DNA of 48,539 nt, taken from assembly GCF_001194135.2 (NCBI RefSeq), contig NC_068981.1:51170578-51219116 (forward strand), in the 5' to 3' direction. Shown here piece by piece: positions 1-12,558 of the stretch. The translations under genes were made by a program, and so were the position numbers. Below the pieces are notes generated by a model. It was not told the DNA's origin. It made no database searches and saw nothing but the letters and a program-made list of their open reading frames with translations. The stretch is from Octopus bimaculoides (taxonomy: Eukaryota). Every line of letters begins with the position of its first letter. Positions within the stretch are counted from its first letter, which is position 1.

Positions 1-43
1 GTAATGCTGTATTTGTACAGTATTTTTGTTTTCTTCTTGTTAC

Positions 44-186
<143 letters not shown>

Positions 187-191
187 TAGTC

Positions 192-303
192 CTGACGAGT
201 GACTATATTTTTGAATAGATTTAATTGTAGATCGATTTGATTATTAATCGAAATGGTTTTATTAGTTATCTATTTGAAAATATATCCACGAAACGTGCGC
301 AGT
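192..303 (+). ncRNA. Hammerhead-ribozyme-like core with a long hairpin as stem II (probably degenerate)
   Basis: CTGACGA (192-198) and GAAAC (290-294) flank an imperfect 22-bp inverted repeat (gtgactatatttttgaatagat / atctatttgaaaatatatccac). Stem I and the NUH cleavage triplet are not clearly formed. Confidence 0.4.
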
Positions 304-477
304 CATTTTTATATCATTTACTAGTTATTCTTTTATGTACTTTATTGATTTTTAGAAAAACGTGTTTATGATATATTTATTTTCTAGAGGGTATAAAGTA
401 TATTCTTCATTATTGAATTGTTTAATAGTAGTTTTTCTTTAAATTATATATATATATGGGATTAGTCTTCTCTCTTC

Positions 478-755
478 GCTCCTTTGCGCCACATAGGCTC
501 AACTCACCTACCCTCTTCATATAACCCTCTCCTATCTTCCTCTCACATATACCTCCACCCACCCACCTCACCTCTCCTCTCTTGCTCCGACGCCTACTTC
601 TTCTCTTCACTCCTTGTTTCTTTCTGTTCCCCCCTGTGGAAAAGCGTAGGCTGGAAACGTTAAAGACTTTTTCACTTCGCCAGCGTTAAACTAATAGATC
701 TGTTTGTTGTCTACATCACCCGTATACGTCTTTTGTTTTTTTTTGTGAATTATCC
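478..755 (+). mobile_element. Penelope-like element 3' terminal remnant with degenerate hammerhead motif
   Basis: ctttgcgccacataggctcaac reads xFAPHRLN, like the L.TLAP.GLN end of PLE GIY-YIG ORFs. A pyrimidine-rich tract follows, then tcttt-ctg..ctgtgga-agc/gtag/gct-gaaac-gtt-aaaga (619-666). Confidence 0.4.
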
Positions 756-759
756 CCTA

Positions 760-785
760 CACACACACACACACACATACACACA

Positions 786-834
<49 letters not shown>

Positions 835-856
835 GTATGATGTGTGTGTGTGCGTA
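760..856. repeat. (CA)n-(TA)n-(TG)n microsatellite
   Basis: Directly visible. Confidence 0.95.
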
Positions 857-859
857 TCT

Positions 860-1228
860 TTATAACTTTTTGCTTTTTTCAGTACCTCGACTGCGGCCAA
901 GCTGGAACACCACTTTGAGGAATTTTAGCCGAACAGATAGACCACAGTACTTACCTTTTCTTCAGCCTGGTACCTATTCTATCGGTTTCTTTTAATATAC
1001 TATCTTAAACACATACGAACGACAGTCATCATGCATTGATGGGGGCAAATACAGATATAAAGACACATACAGATATACAATGGTTTCTCTCAGCTTTCAT
1101 CTATCAAATCGAATTATAAGGTTAGGTCGACACGGGGCAATAATAGAAGACACTTCCCCTCGGTTCCAGGCAATGAAATTGAACCTGGAACCATTTGGCT
1201 GAGAAGCAAACTTCTAACCACACAGTCT
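860..1228 (-). mobile_element. tRNA-derived CORE-type SINE, decayed
   Basis: Reverse complement matches the copy at 20432-20820: agaagacacttcccc..gg (rc of ccttgggcaagtgtcttct), ctgcggccaagctg tail, and tRNA-like head cttctaaccacacag. Confidence 0.65.
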
Positions 1229-1509
1229 CGTCTACATATGTATGCATGCGTATGTGTCGTATGTGTGTATATATATACACTATGAGAACAAAATACGCTA
1301 ATAATATTTTATTGAATTATGATATACGTAAAGCTTAAGTACACTAATGACGATAAAGGTGCGATTGTTTATGTGCATTTATAATTTTGCTTTAAGACGA
1401 ATGATAAACAACAAATTACTAGAAAACTATTCCAATTGTACTTGAGTAAGGGTACTGAAAATGAACCCACCCCGATTAAGATGGGGAATGAAAGGGTCAT
1501 TGGAGGGTC

Positions 1510-1700
1510 GAACGAAATGCTTTATAGTATTTGTTTCAACTCACTGAGCACTGAATTCAATTCCAGACGACGTCAACTTTGCCTTTTATCCTTTCGAGGT
1601 CGATAAAGAAGTATTCGTACAAAGTGGTAGATTGGCAGAACTGTAAACACGATGCCTTCCAGTATCTTTTACGGTTACTTGCATTCTGAGTGATTCCCGC
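1510..1700 (+). mobile_element. Highly decayed SINE fragments (family of 2612/28394/34620)
   Basis: gaattcaattcc..gtcaactttgccttttatcctttcgaggtcgataaa matches the other copies in the window. Confidence 0.5.
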
Positions 1701-1844
1701 CATAGCCTACAGGAATGGTGGACATAAGGCAACATCCGATTTAACAGCATCACGTGATACCTTGCATGTCATTACTGGATTCTGCTCTCTTATAAGTATT
1801 CAGGCAGATTTCCGGTTTTAGGATACCTTCCTCTTTCTTCAGCT

Positions 1845-1860
1845 CGCTCTCTCTCTCTCT

Positions 1861-1921
<61 letters not shown>

Positions 1922-1955
1922 CTCTCTCTCTCTCTCTCTTTTCTCCTCTCTCTCA
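1845..1955. repeat. (CT)n microsatellite
   Basis: Directly visible; source of the poly-ER ORFs. Confidence 0.97.
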
Positions 1956-2611
1956 TCTCCACCACTTTTGAGAGCCCTTTCACAAATCATAATTATTGCC
2001 GCCCTCCTTACCTGAAAAATAAAAAGAATGTAAATGCGTATTAAAATGAAAGCAAAACAGTGTTCTTCTACAAAACAAAGAATATAACCAAAAAGTTAAA
2101 TTGCAAATGCTTCCTTAAATTCTTAATTTCATAAAAGGGATATACGTTGAGAAAAGAAAAACAATTACGGGTGCCTTCAAAAGTTAACCTCTTGAAAAAA
2201 CAAAAAATTTAAATATTTCAAAATCATATTCGCATTCACGAACATAACCATGAAATTATATATAAGGCGAAATTAGCAACATTTTACGCACTATTTCGAG
2301 TTCCTACGCAAATTTTACACATAAGGTAGGCAACAAAACATATCACCCAAGAGGAACGTATATATTTTACCTAAACACCAACTGCGTCATACTGGAGATC
2401 ACCTAAATGTAGATTCATTAATTCTGAGAAATGTGATGTAGATATAAGGTCATCGAAGGAAAATTTTTCACACACTTCAACACCAACATTTAAATCCATG
2501 GGCTGCATATCTTTAATTACACATTTATTAAAATGTTCATAAATATACTAATTGGATTTTTTCACTTTTGCAAATATATGATTTATCTGAAGTTAATTTT
2601 TCTACTGGTCT

Positions 2612-2842
2612 AAGGCGGTAAGCTGGCAGAATGCTTAACACTGCAGACAAAATACTTAGCAGTATTTCGTGCATCTTTACGTTTTGAGTTCAAATTGCAC
2701 CGAGGTCAACTATGCCTGTCATATTTACGGAGTCGATAAAATAAGTATCAGTTGAGTACTGGGAGTACTGTGGTCGATATAATCGATTTATCTTCTCCTC
2801 CAAATTTGCTGGCCGCCATGCCAAAATTTGAAATCAATATTT
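2612..2842 (+). mobile_element. SINE (aaggcggcgagctggcagaa family)
   Basis: aaggcggtaagctggcagaa..gagttcaaatt (B-box-like)..gtcgataaaataagta..gaaatcaatatt; homologous to 28394, 34620 and 47090. Confidence 0.75.
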
Positions 2843-2940
2843 CTATCCCTCGTCGGTTTGAAACTGAGTTAAAGTCTAGAAGATGGCTTTGTGACACATA
2901 TTTTGTTCGTTTGTTTTTTTCTCAGAGTCAAAGAAAGAGG

Positions 2941-2942
<2 letters not shown>

Positions 2943-2993
<51 letters not shown>
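2943..2993. repeat. (GA)n microsatellite
   Basis: Directly visible. Confidence 0.97.
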
Positions 2994-2997
<4 letters not shown>

Positions 2998-3002
2998 AGA
3001 TG

Positions 3003-3790
3003 TTAAGCTTACTGAATGAAACTTTGCAGGCATAGCTTCCAAAATCCAGAGAGATGCTTATATTTATGGAACAACCTTTTCTAACCAGTACTCGCCTCTC
3101 AAGTTTTATCCGAAACCGTCATAGTTTTCTTAATCAATTTTAATGTTCCTTTTACCTTTACACCAGTAGTGTAAATTTCAGAAAATAGCATGCGGTCTGT
3201 GATCAAACGATTTTCCCATAATTACAGAGGAATGAAACATAACAGGAATTTTCTTCGCAAATTTTCTTGGTAGAGCACCATTGGCAGAATCGACAATAAC
3301 ATAAAAAGCAAATGTCTGAAATAACGACTTTGCGGCATATATGTCAGGTTCTTTGGCCTGGCATTCATCACTTGAATGGTTCTCATGAAATGATTTCTTT
3401 AGAGTTATCCCATATGCTTTTATTAATTTCAAATTGCAAATTATTAGCGGCATTCTTTCATTCTGTCAGTAGCTTCCAATTGATCCCGCAATTTGTGCAG
3501 ATTTTCGATAAGCGTTTCATTGTTATCCATTTCGGCATTTCCTGCCTTTAATAGCTTGTTGTACATATTAATGGGAGCAAGAAAATCGAAAAAGGTCGAT
3601 GGCATGACCATGCATCTGAAGGAAGTTCTGAGTATAATATACTCTGATATTTCTCTTCTGAATTTTAGGCATCAGACTCAAATTCAAAATATCTTACTCA
3701 ACCAATTTCATGGAACTCACATTTGAAGCAAACAATTTTACACTATCCATTCTTATTGATTCCTTGATAGTTGACATACAACACAATGAT
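3003..3790 (-). mobile_element. Decayed hAT-superfamily transposase, C-terminal half
   Basis: Manual translation across frameshifts: DFLAPINMYNKLLK..EMDNNETLIENLHKLR; HENHSSDE..KSLFQTFAFYVIVDSANGALPRKF; then NISIS/LWILEAMPA/KVSFSKLN, resembling the hAT dimerisation motif (NISIALRILLTMP...ERSFSKL). Confidence 0.6.
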
Positions 3791-3879
3791 TTGCAGCTTA
3801 TGTATATAAGATAAATATTTGCGATTTTCTATTTATAAACGGAAAGGTATTACAAACGTTTTAAAATAGTCTGTAACAC

Positions 3880-5820
3880 TAAAGCGCCAAGCAGATAGAG
3901 TATAAATTAACGAATTAGTTAGATGGTGGTTCGTCCTGAAAAGAGAGATCGGATTAGAACGGACAATACATAGCAACGACTAGTAACTAGAGAGGAGCTC
4001 TACTTAAAGAAATATATAAGGCGTGTTTAAAAAAAGCATCATGATCGATATGCTCGGAGTCATGTTAGTGGAGGGTAAAACGGCAACAAAGTCAAGTTCG
4101 GTCATTGGCAAACGACGATGAGCGTGTTCTACTCGATTCTGACCAGATCTTACCTCTTTCCAGCGGCAGTTGTTTGCCTGCGCGGGGCGAGTGGCAGACA
4201 GGATTGCAGGATAGATTTTAGTGCCTGCCTTGATAGCATCATTTCTCGGCAGCATAGCTGGAATGTTGCGAAAGGCTGATAATTTTCAATGAAATATAGA
4301 AAACAATTGTTAACTGGGAGTGAATTAATCGCTTCTTTGGATGCCCTTTCCTACGTAATTAACGCTTACATACCAGACTTATCCAATGAACAATTTGCAG
4401 ATGTCTACATCAACTGGCAGCACATCATGAACATTCCTATTGTTGTCAGCTGACGAATGGTGACACTGCTTCGAAATGACCCGAATAAGATGGATAACGT
4501 TGAAAATTTCCGACCCATAGCTCATGTGCGCTAACATGTGCCATCTCGAAGTGAACTATCTATGACTACCTCCTTTTCATGCGATACATCTCAGAGAGGA
4601 TAGGTAAAGAAATAGTCATCGGTGGAACTTGATTAACTTAAATTGTTCAAAAGCCTGCGATAGGACCGACCACCAATATATGGTGGTTGTCCTCACAGAA
4701 ACCCGTTACGGTTCTGTTTTCAGGGGATGAGCCATAGTAGTGTTTAGCGATATTGCTCGATTGTTAGAGTAAATGACCACCTGATTGAGTATAATGTGCT
4801 TGGTATGACAAACTACTACTTCTCATCCTCTCAATATAAACTGAAACAAGAATCATTATTGCGATTATTAGAACTTTGATATACAAGTTCTGCGTTAGCA
4901 TATGCTGATATTCACCAAGCAGGCACCTCACTAATGACACCTCACTAATCGACAACGAACGAAAGTGGACCACTATAAACCAGTGGTCTTTCAAGTAAGC
5001 ATCTGAAAAAGCAGGTCCATGACAACAAATAATGTGTGGCGCTGGACGGATGAATAGGTAAAAAAGCAAGTGATCTACTTCCATCCAGATCATTAGGTAG
5101 TTAAGAACTAGTCAAAATGATGAACAAGGTCGCTATTTTAAACCAGGAATGAGCCACGAATAAAGCAACCACTGAAAGGTCGGGAAGAGGTGGAGAATGT
5201 CTTCATTGCTTTTCTCATCTATTACCATCTGATCCTCGCGCCTTGCCCTGTTTCCTAGCAGATGAAACTGGAGTGGCCGGCGGAAATTCCATATAAGCAT
5301 TCTATATAAGGCACCAAAGTGCCTCAGCCGACCTGTTCCGAGATGTGCTCAGAGATTGAAAAACTTCTGCACACATACCATATTGCCCGAACATTTCTGT
5401 CTTTGTGTTGAACGATTATTATCACTTATGATCATATCATTATCAGAGTCCGTTGTGAAAACTGTCCCAGCTCTTGTTTTGACTGCGAAGGTTCGGAAAT
5501 TCTTACCTTTGTATGGCCAAAGAGTGGTCAACAAGATTGAGTGTGCTGACAGGAGACTTTTCTGAAAGGTTTTTGAAACGTCGATGAGCTTCGTACATAG
5601 GCCAATTGAAAAGCGCGCACTTTTGAATCAGGAGAAAGATCGCTAAGAGATGGTACCTGTCCCGGTGGTCAGACTGATTGTCTTTATTTAGTCTATAGGG
5701 TATGGTACCACAGGGAGGCCTTAGAGACCTCCCTCTTTTCTGGCGATTTTCTTTGTTGAGATATCTTTGTTGAACTTTCATATTTTTGTTTAAGTTTTTT
5801 TAATAATCCTCTCTCGGTTT
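3880..5820 (+). mobile_element. Decayed L1-clade (Tx1-like) LINE ORF2 (RT region to 3' end)
   Basis: VTLLRNDPNKMDNVENFRPI (about 4458-4520); IYDYLLFMRYISER; INL..KA.DRTDHQY; SIVRVNDHL. Many stops and frameshifts; T-rich 3' end. Confidence 0.75.
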
Positions 5821-5926
5821 TTGCGCCTTTATAGCTGAGTTCCTGGAGCTAGTAAATAGATGCGACAGCGACAGTAGCGGTGAAGATAGCGACAGTGGCA
5901 CGGCAGCTGCAGTAGCAGTAACAGCA

Positions 5927-5927
5927 C

Positions 5928-6003
<76 letters not shown>
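5927..6003. repeat. (AGT)n microsatellite with degenerate 5' extension
   Basis: Directly visible; source of the poly-L ORF. Confidence 0.95.
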
Positions 6004-6004
<1 letters not shown>

Positions 6005-7544
6005 AGAATCTGAAGAGCATTGATTGACCAATCATTCTACTGATTCTCAAGGACTAGAGAATAGATTAATAGATGTTTTATTCTCTTATTTGCTATAATA
6101 ATGCCATCTACTTACCTTAAACATCAGGCTGACATAAATGCACCGATTAGGAATTTATATGAAGCGTGAAACGAGAGTAATTTTTTAATTACATTTAATT
6201 CTCCTTCATTCGTTATACGGGTATTAGACTAATAAATCGAAATTACCATTTCGATTTGAGGTTAGGAAATATTCTTTTTAGAATGAGTGTTTCTTGTCTG
6301 TCGTTGGTAGAATGAATTTATTATGCATAACCACTATCGAAAGATACGCGTAACTATGGCTAGATTAACGCACGAAACATACAGTTCGTATAAAGGAACC
6401 CACGTAACATTAGTCTATCTTTGTTTCGTAGCAATTGTTATCCACCACTGACACTTGATGACATGATATCAACAGTTTCGTGCTAAACACCAGGGGCAAC
6501 TAACTTACGAATCACAGCGTAATTGTAGGTACAAAACAGGTTTATTCCTTGCTTTTTGCCATCATTTCAAATATATTTGTTTTCTACTTGTAACTTTCAG
6601 AGAACTATAGTAAATAATTTTATACTACTTTGCAAGTTGTAGAACACTTCTATGAATACCCGTGGGGAATGTAATATTTCTGTATCAAATTTTGAATACT
6701 ATATTCTATATGCAGTTATTATTTTTCATGTTCTTGTCTTGCTTTTCCGTTTCACATAACTACCGGTTAGCAATATAAGTGTAACGTATTGCTGAATCAC
6801 CTTTAATATAAATACTTATGGCTTCTATTTAGGTATTTAGCTCTCTTTATAGCATTCTTATAATTCATATTTAAAATCTCGTCTCAGCATTTCCATTCGA
6901 ATATATCATAGCGCGTTCTATTCAGTTATTCATAAGCAACAGTAAGTCAGATTTTGCTGTTCTTGTTGTTTTCGGCACTTTTCTTTTGAATAAGTATCTT
7001 TATCAAACATTGTTTTAATTTTTTTTTTTTTCAAGATGCCGTTCCGCAACTATTTCTAAATCACATTTCATCTCAATTCCTTAAGTGATTTCGAATACTG
7101 TTTTATGTACCTATGCATCCAGTTGTTAGGTACTTGTAGTAAAGAAATTAAGGTCTCACAATTATTAATAATATTATTCATAATTTCATCTTTACTTGCA
7201 AGATATCGTTCATTTCCAAAGAGAATTAGCTATATCTTTTAGATATGCATATAAATGTAGAAGATAATCTTAAATATATATAATTAACGAAAACTCCAAG
7301 GTTAACTAAATAAATTTCCAATGGAGAGCATGCATGCCATTATTTCGTGTTAACACGGATGTTTAAACTTAATGAGAATGTTCAAGTTTAACTAACATAG
7401 TTCAAGTTATTATTTTTCCATGACATTACACGAAAAATCCACGTTAGTCATTTACTAGAAATATTTCGCTATTATTTCTTTTTGTTTTATTTTTTACCGA
7501 CTTCACTCTTATTTGTTTTCCGGAAGCGATCAAGGAAACATCAT

Positions 7545-7700
7545 CATCACCATTTAACGTCCGTTTTCCATGTTGGCATGAGTTGGACAGTTTGACTGAA
7601 AACTGGTAAGCTGGGGAGTTGCACCAAGTGTCAGTCTGATTTAGTAAAGTTTCTACAGCTGGATGCCCTTCCTAACGCCAACTACTCCAAGATTAATATC
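7545..7700. mobile_element. Interspersed SINE/LINE-tail-like repeat fragment
   Basis: tttaacgtccgttttccatgttggcatg..tttctacagctggatgcccttcctaacgccaac; recalled as a common invertebrate/Octopus repeat motif. Family and strand not assigned. Confidence 0.5.
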
Positions 7701-7794
7701 TCACTTGGCTTCACAGGTCTTCTAAAGCATGGTATATTGACAAAGGTCTCTGTCACTTGTTTAGTTAATTCAAACGTCTAAACGGGAAATATTA

Positions 7795-8474
7795 TTTCTT
7801 GCTTTTGTTTTGTTTGTTTGGTTGTTTGTTTACTTGTTTTATTTATTTTGATCTTTCTGTTCCAGTTAAAAAAAGCAAATTTTTAGTTTTTAAAACCAAA
7901 AGAAAGACAATCTCAATAAAATGTCAACAATATATCAACAATATTCTTTCTTTAATTTTGAAAATTGAATTGGATTCTGCCTCCTTAGATTTTCAATCTT
8001 TGTCAATTTCAGTTTTCTAAAATTTGGTTTAAAATAACTAAAAATTTTCTATTGTCATAACTTTTTCTCTTCATTTTCTACTCTTATTGGTCGTTCGTAA
8101 AATGTTCATCATTGCTTTGTTTTTTTTATTTCAATATCAGTCAACCAGCCAGCTTTCATCGGTATTTTCATGAGTAGTTCAGCAATAAAAAATTGTCTGT
8201 CTTTAGGATAACAGACAGGAATTACATCTTTGCACCCAGGGCACCAACAACATTATTCTGAGTGTCACAAAGATCAATGCTTTTCACTACAAATGGTTGA
8301 CCAAGATATATTTCAATCGGAGAATAGTTGCGTAGAAGAGACTCTGATTCAATGAAATATTCCGCCTGTTTGAATTTATTTTTTTAACTTCGTGGTAAAA
8401 TATCCAACACCTCCAAGAGAAATGAACCTTCCAACAATAGTAATGTTTCGTAGAACATGGAATGGGATAGGCAT
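7795..8474 (-). pseudogene. COA1: Processed pseudogene of cytochrome c oxidase assembly factor 1 (pseudo-CDS 8474-8055, 3'UTR, decayed poly(A) at about 7795-7855)
   Basis: MPIPFHVLRNITIVGRFISLGGVGYFTTKLKNKFKQAEYFIESESLLRNYSPIEIYLGQPFVVKSIDLCDTQNNVVGALGAKM/VIPV..FYC*TTHENTDESWLVD* aligns by eye to recalled human COA1 ([48 protein letters not shown]..RWHLD). About 140 codons, intronless, with frameshifts, TGA stops and a downstream A-rich tail. Confidence 0.72.
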
Positions 8475-11400
8475 CGGTCTTTTTATCTTTTTTTGGTATT
8501 CACGTCTTACCTAGTAACTAAAGGAGACGTTTGGATTTTTTGTCGTTTGGATTTTTGACCATGAAATAGGATTTTATGTCTATTCCAAACCTTTGTGTCA
8601 AATATTTTGGAATTATTTTTAAATGCTCATTTTAACTCGTATGTCGGCCAAATTTCTTTCTTAAGTAAATATTTTTGTTACCACTATGCAAATGAAAAAA
8701 TATCTCTACTGTCTTTAGCAAGGGAGGAGGAAATATTTTTGCAGATGCTATTTTATGTGGGCTCGCTTGTGTAGGCAAGAAAGCAACAACACGAGGAACA
8801 GAATCAATAATTGCAGCAAGAACACCAATAACAGTAACTACAAGACAGCAACAACTCAAAAGTCGAAGTTTATTTTGGTACATTTCGGAATCATCAGGAG
8901 AAATAGTACTTGGTTCACCAAGACTTAAAACAAGGTCATGGCTTTTCCACACTTTACACCCTACCATGACCCAGTTACAGAGGGCCTGTATAAATGCACG
9001 TATTCGCGGATCAGTGGGCGAGACGAGCTATTGGCTAAATGAATTAAGGTCACTACATCTAAGATGTATTCGCACGAAGTTTACGCCTTTTTCGATAGAC
9101 CAGGATCGTGCTGTGCAGCAGTGTCGTTTCAAAACTGCATGTACTTAAAAGTAACTAGGATATACCAAACTTCGGATGGAGAACTGTAGTACAATATTTT
9201 AGCTTCAGTAGAGCCGGTTGAAATTTCAGAGTTATAGCTGTTTATACTTTTACAAATGTTGGTTGATTAGTCTTCTTCAACATTTGGAGTGATTTGGAAA
9301 CTCACTTTATTCTTGTCAATGGAAGAATTGAATACAATTTTAGGTGTACACAAGTATTGCGTGAGGTGCAAAATTTTTGTACACCTGTTCAGGCACTTTG
9401 AGTTGTCTAACATGTATTGCTTAAATTTACAACATACCACAATGTAGACAAGGTCACAGCACGACATCACATACACATCATACTTAGGTTTTCCATTAAA
9501 TCAACCAACTCGATTAGTGAAAGTCTTCCATATTTTCGAGTAATCGGATACCCGACCGCGAATTTTTGATACGCACAGTAAAATAAAACAAGACAGTAAA
9601 AAATGTTCTGAATAGAGAAAAAATGGATGCACATTTCCCGATGCAAAAAGATTTCAGAGAGTGGGTTAGCAGATTAGTTAACCTTATATAATTGTTCCAA
9701 TTATGAATATCCAAATTTTAATTCATACTGAAAATGAATGTAGTTCAGATTTTGACTGCGTTCACTGTTATAAATATGTTATGTTTTTCTGCTCATTTAC
9801 GGGCTTTCAAACAGATTAATATATACTTATATTACCATAGTCTTGATATCAAAGCGCTGTCATATTACCCAATGGTTATAGGTGCCTACATATATATCAA
9901 TGTATTTTGCCTTTTCAAACACTACGTATTCACAAATTAATCTCAGCGTGTTATTTTATTTTGTAGATTTTTCTGGGTTGGGATAGGCCCTATGTTGTTA
10001 AACATCATACCTTCCATTACCTTTTAGTCCAGAAATTTTTGACCAGTGTTGCTATAACTCTGCTAGTAGTATATTTAGTTTTACTGATTCTCTTACAATA
10101 TTAATTCAGACCCTACATATTTCAGTCGACTACTTATTATGATGATAAAAAATAGAACGCTCTATTTTCTAGATAACTAAACTTGAAGCACATACAAGCT
10201 ATAAGGGAGTGTAAGCTGATGGGTGAGATTGGCATTCAGAATGTTTGGTTGTTGAAAGCTGAATGGCACACACTAGATTAACAGCGAGAATGGGAGACAG
10301 AATGTGTGAGAAAAAATTAGAGGAAACAAAAAAGTATTAATACAAATATTACAGATAGTAAAATATATTTGATATACTTAGTACAGCTGTGAGGGTAGGG
10401 GAACAAAATTAGATAGGTTTGAGAGATATTCAGAACAGTGTGGTGAGTAAATATTTGTAAAAATGAAAGAGAAAGGACGGTTCATTACGGAGTCAATCAG
10501 TGAAAATATACACAATTGTAATCACTCACACGAAAGTATCAACTATACAGAAATAAGAAAACATAACGAGGCAAAAGAACGCAGAGTGGAAAACAGCACA
10601 TGACGTCTAGGTGAGCGACTTCTCAGTAAATGCATCGATATATAAATATATTAATACCTTCACATAAAAATACATATGAATTTGTATATACACATCACGG
10701 TTCAATTTATTCATGAACTGGCATCCATGCAAAGTATGTGAAACAGAAGAATATGTACATAGAAATATAAAGAGAAAATAGGATTAAATACTTCTCACAA
10801 TTCTGCTGACTATGAAAATTATTCAGTCAAGGCTGACTTCTCATCCAAACACGAAGAAGTGTAGTACTTGTTTATAGTCGCCAAACATCAATATTTGACT
10901 TCTATCCTTGACGAAATATTCCATAAGATCCATGAAATATGAAGAAGCCGGGAACAATAACAATTTACGTATGCGTAACGAACCAGGATCCCATGTCCAC
11001 ACGTGTACAGTTTTCAAATTCACTACAACATTGTGACTAAGTGGATTCCACAATCAATGGTTTCGTTCTGTGCTTTGCTACATTCTTCTTTGCATCTATA
11101 CTTAGATGCATATTTTCATAAGTTCACACTTTAATATCTTTACTCATTATTCTGTAGAAAAAGGCGGTCGATACCTTCGGAATATCATTTTTAGTTAAAT
11201 CCCTTGATTAGTGGATTGTCAAAATATATGACAATAAAAGGCAGCAACAGGATTGTAAAGACAGAAGTGAGCAATGTAAATTCACTGTTTATATATAGCC
11301 GTGTTTTTTTATACAAGTTCTGCAGAAAGTTTTGAAATATCAAAACAGGAACGCAACTAGATCTCTAAGTGTGCACTCAAATTTCCCAAATTACAATTGA

Positions 11401-11619
11401 AATAGAATAAAATATAATAATAAGTAATTTACGTTAGCTTTTCATGCCTGGTGTAATGCGCGAAGCTGATAACTCGATAAATCTAGTAAAAAATCAAGTT
11501 TAGAGAAATACGTTTTTGTTATATTACTCTTAAAACGAACTTATATATACTCTAATATCGAACAGTGAGAATGGATGCTCAACACTACATTGGTGGACAA
11601 ATAATCTTTATTTCCCTAT

Positions 11620-11676
11620 GTATATATGTATATTTGTATGTATGTGTGTATGTATGTGTGTATGCATGTATGTATG

Positions 11677-11706
<30 letters not shown>
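11620..11706. repeat. (TATG)n microsatellite
   Basis: Directly visible. Confidence 0.95.
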
Positions 11707-11708
<2 letters not shown>

Positions 11709-12242
11709 ATTATGAATAAAAAAACATCTCCAATAATGTAAAATTTAACGGTCGCACATACATAGTGTTTTGTGAATACGCCAAATTTGATGTGGGTTAG
11801 CACACAGAGGAATTCCCCAATAGGTTGCTTAGTGTTAAAGAACATCTTGATGTCTACGGACCTGGTGAGACCACTCGCCTCGGAATCAGTTTGAATGGTA
11901 GATACTGATATTATGCCATTATCGTGGCTTATCAATACCATACACTCGGATCATCTCCAGTCAAAGCGAATCGCAAGTTTGTGATAATATGTAAATAGAA
12001 GGAAGTATATTTACTAATGTCTCGCATGATCTGTGGCATTCAGGTGTTCTTTAGTACTTGGCATCATGTAGGGCGTTTTCTCTGGACGCTATCCCACAGC
12101 AAACGTGGCGTATACACAGAACATATTTACTATGTATGCGCGACCGATAATATATAAAAATATTTATTATCGATCACGCATGCATTGTAAATGTGTTTTG
12201 TCTAAATGCCAAGTTCGCTGTACATACGTATATATGTATATG

Positions 12243-12273
<31 letters not shown>

Positions 12274-12276
12274 ATA

Positions 12277-12376
12277 NNNNNNNNNNNNNNNNNNNNNNNN
12301 NNNNNNNNNNNNNNNNNNNNNNNNNNNNNNNNNNNNNNNNNNNNNNNNNNNNNNNNNNNNNNNNNNNNNNNNNNNN
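12277..12376. other. Assembly gap (others at 27707-28055, 30850-30859, 31623-32206, 41414-41769, 45414-46052, 48190-48199)
   Basis: N runs, most bordered by (TA)n or (CT)n arrays. Confidence 1.
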
Positions 12377-12399
12377 AGTTGTGTGTGCTTGTGTTGGTG

Positions 12400-12453
12400 T
12401 CTGGAGTGTTTTCGGGAGTTGTGTTTTCGGGATAGATAGAGTTGTGTTTTCGG

Positions 12454-12498
<45 letters not shown>

Positions 12499-12507
12499 GT
12501 ATATAGG

Positions 12508-12558
<51 letters not shown>

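Noticed and set aside
10800-11180. Possible SWIM zinc finger (IPCPHV) or Cys-rich exon
   Set aside because: Stops in all frames and no second supporting motif.
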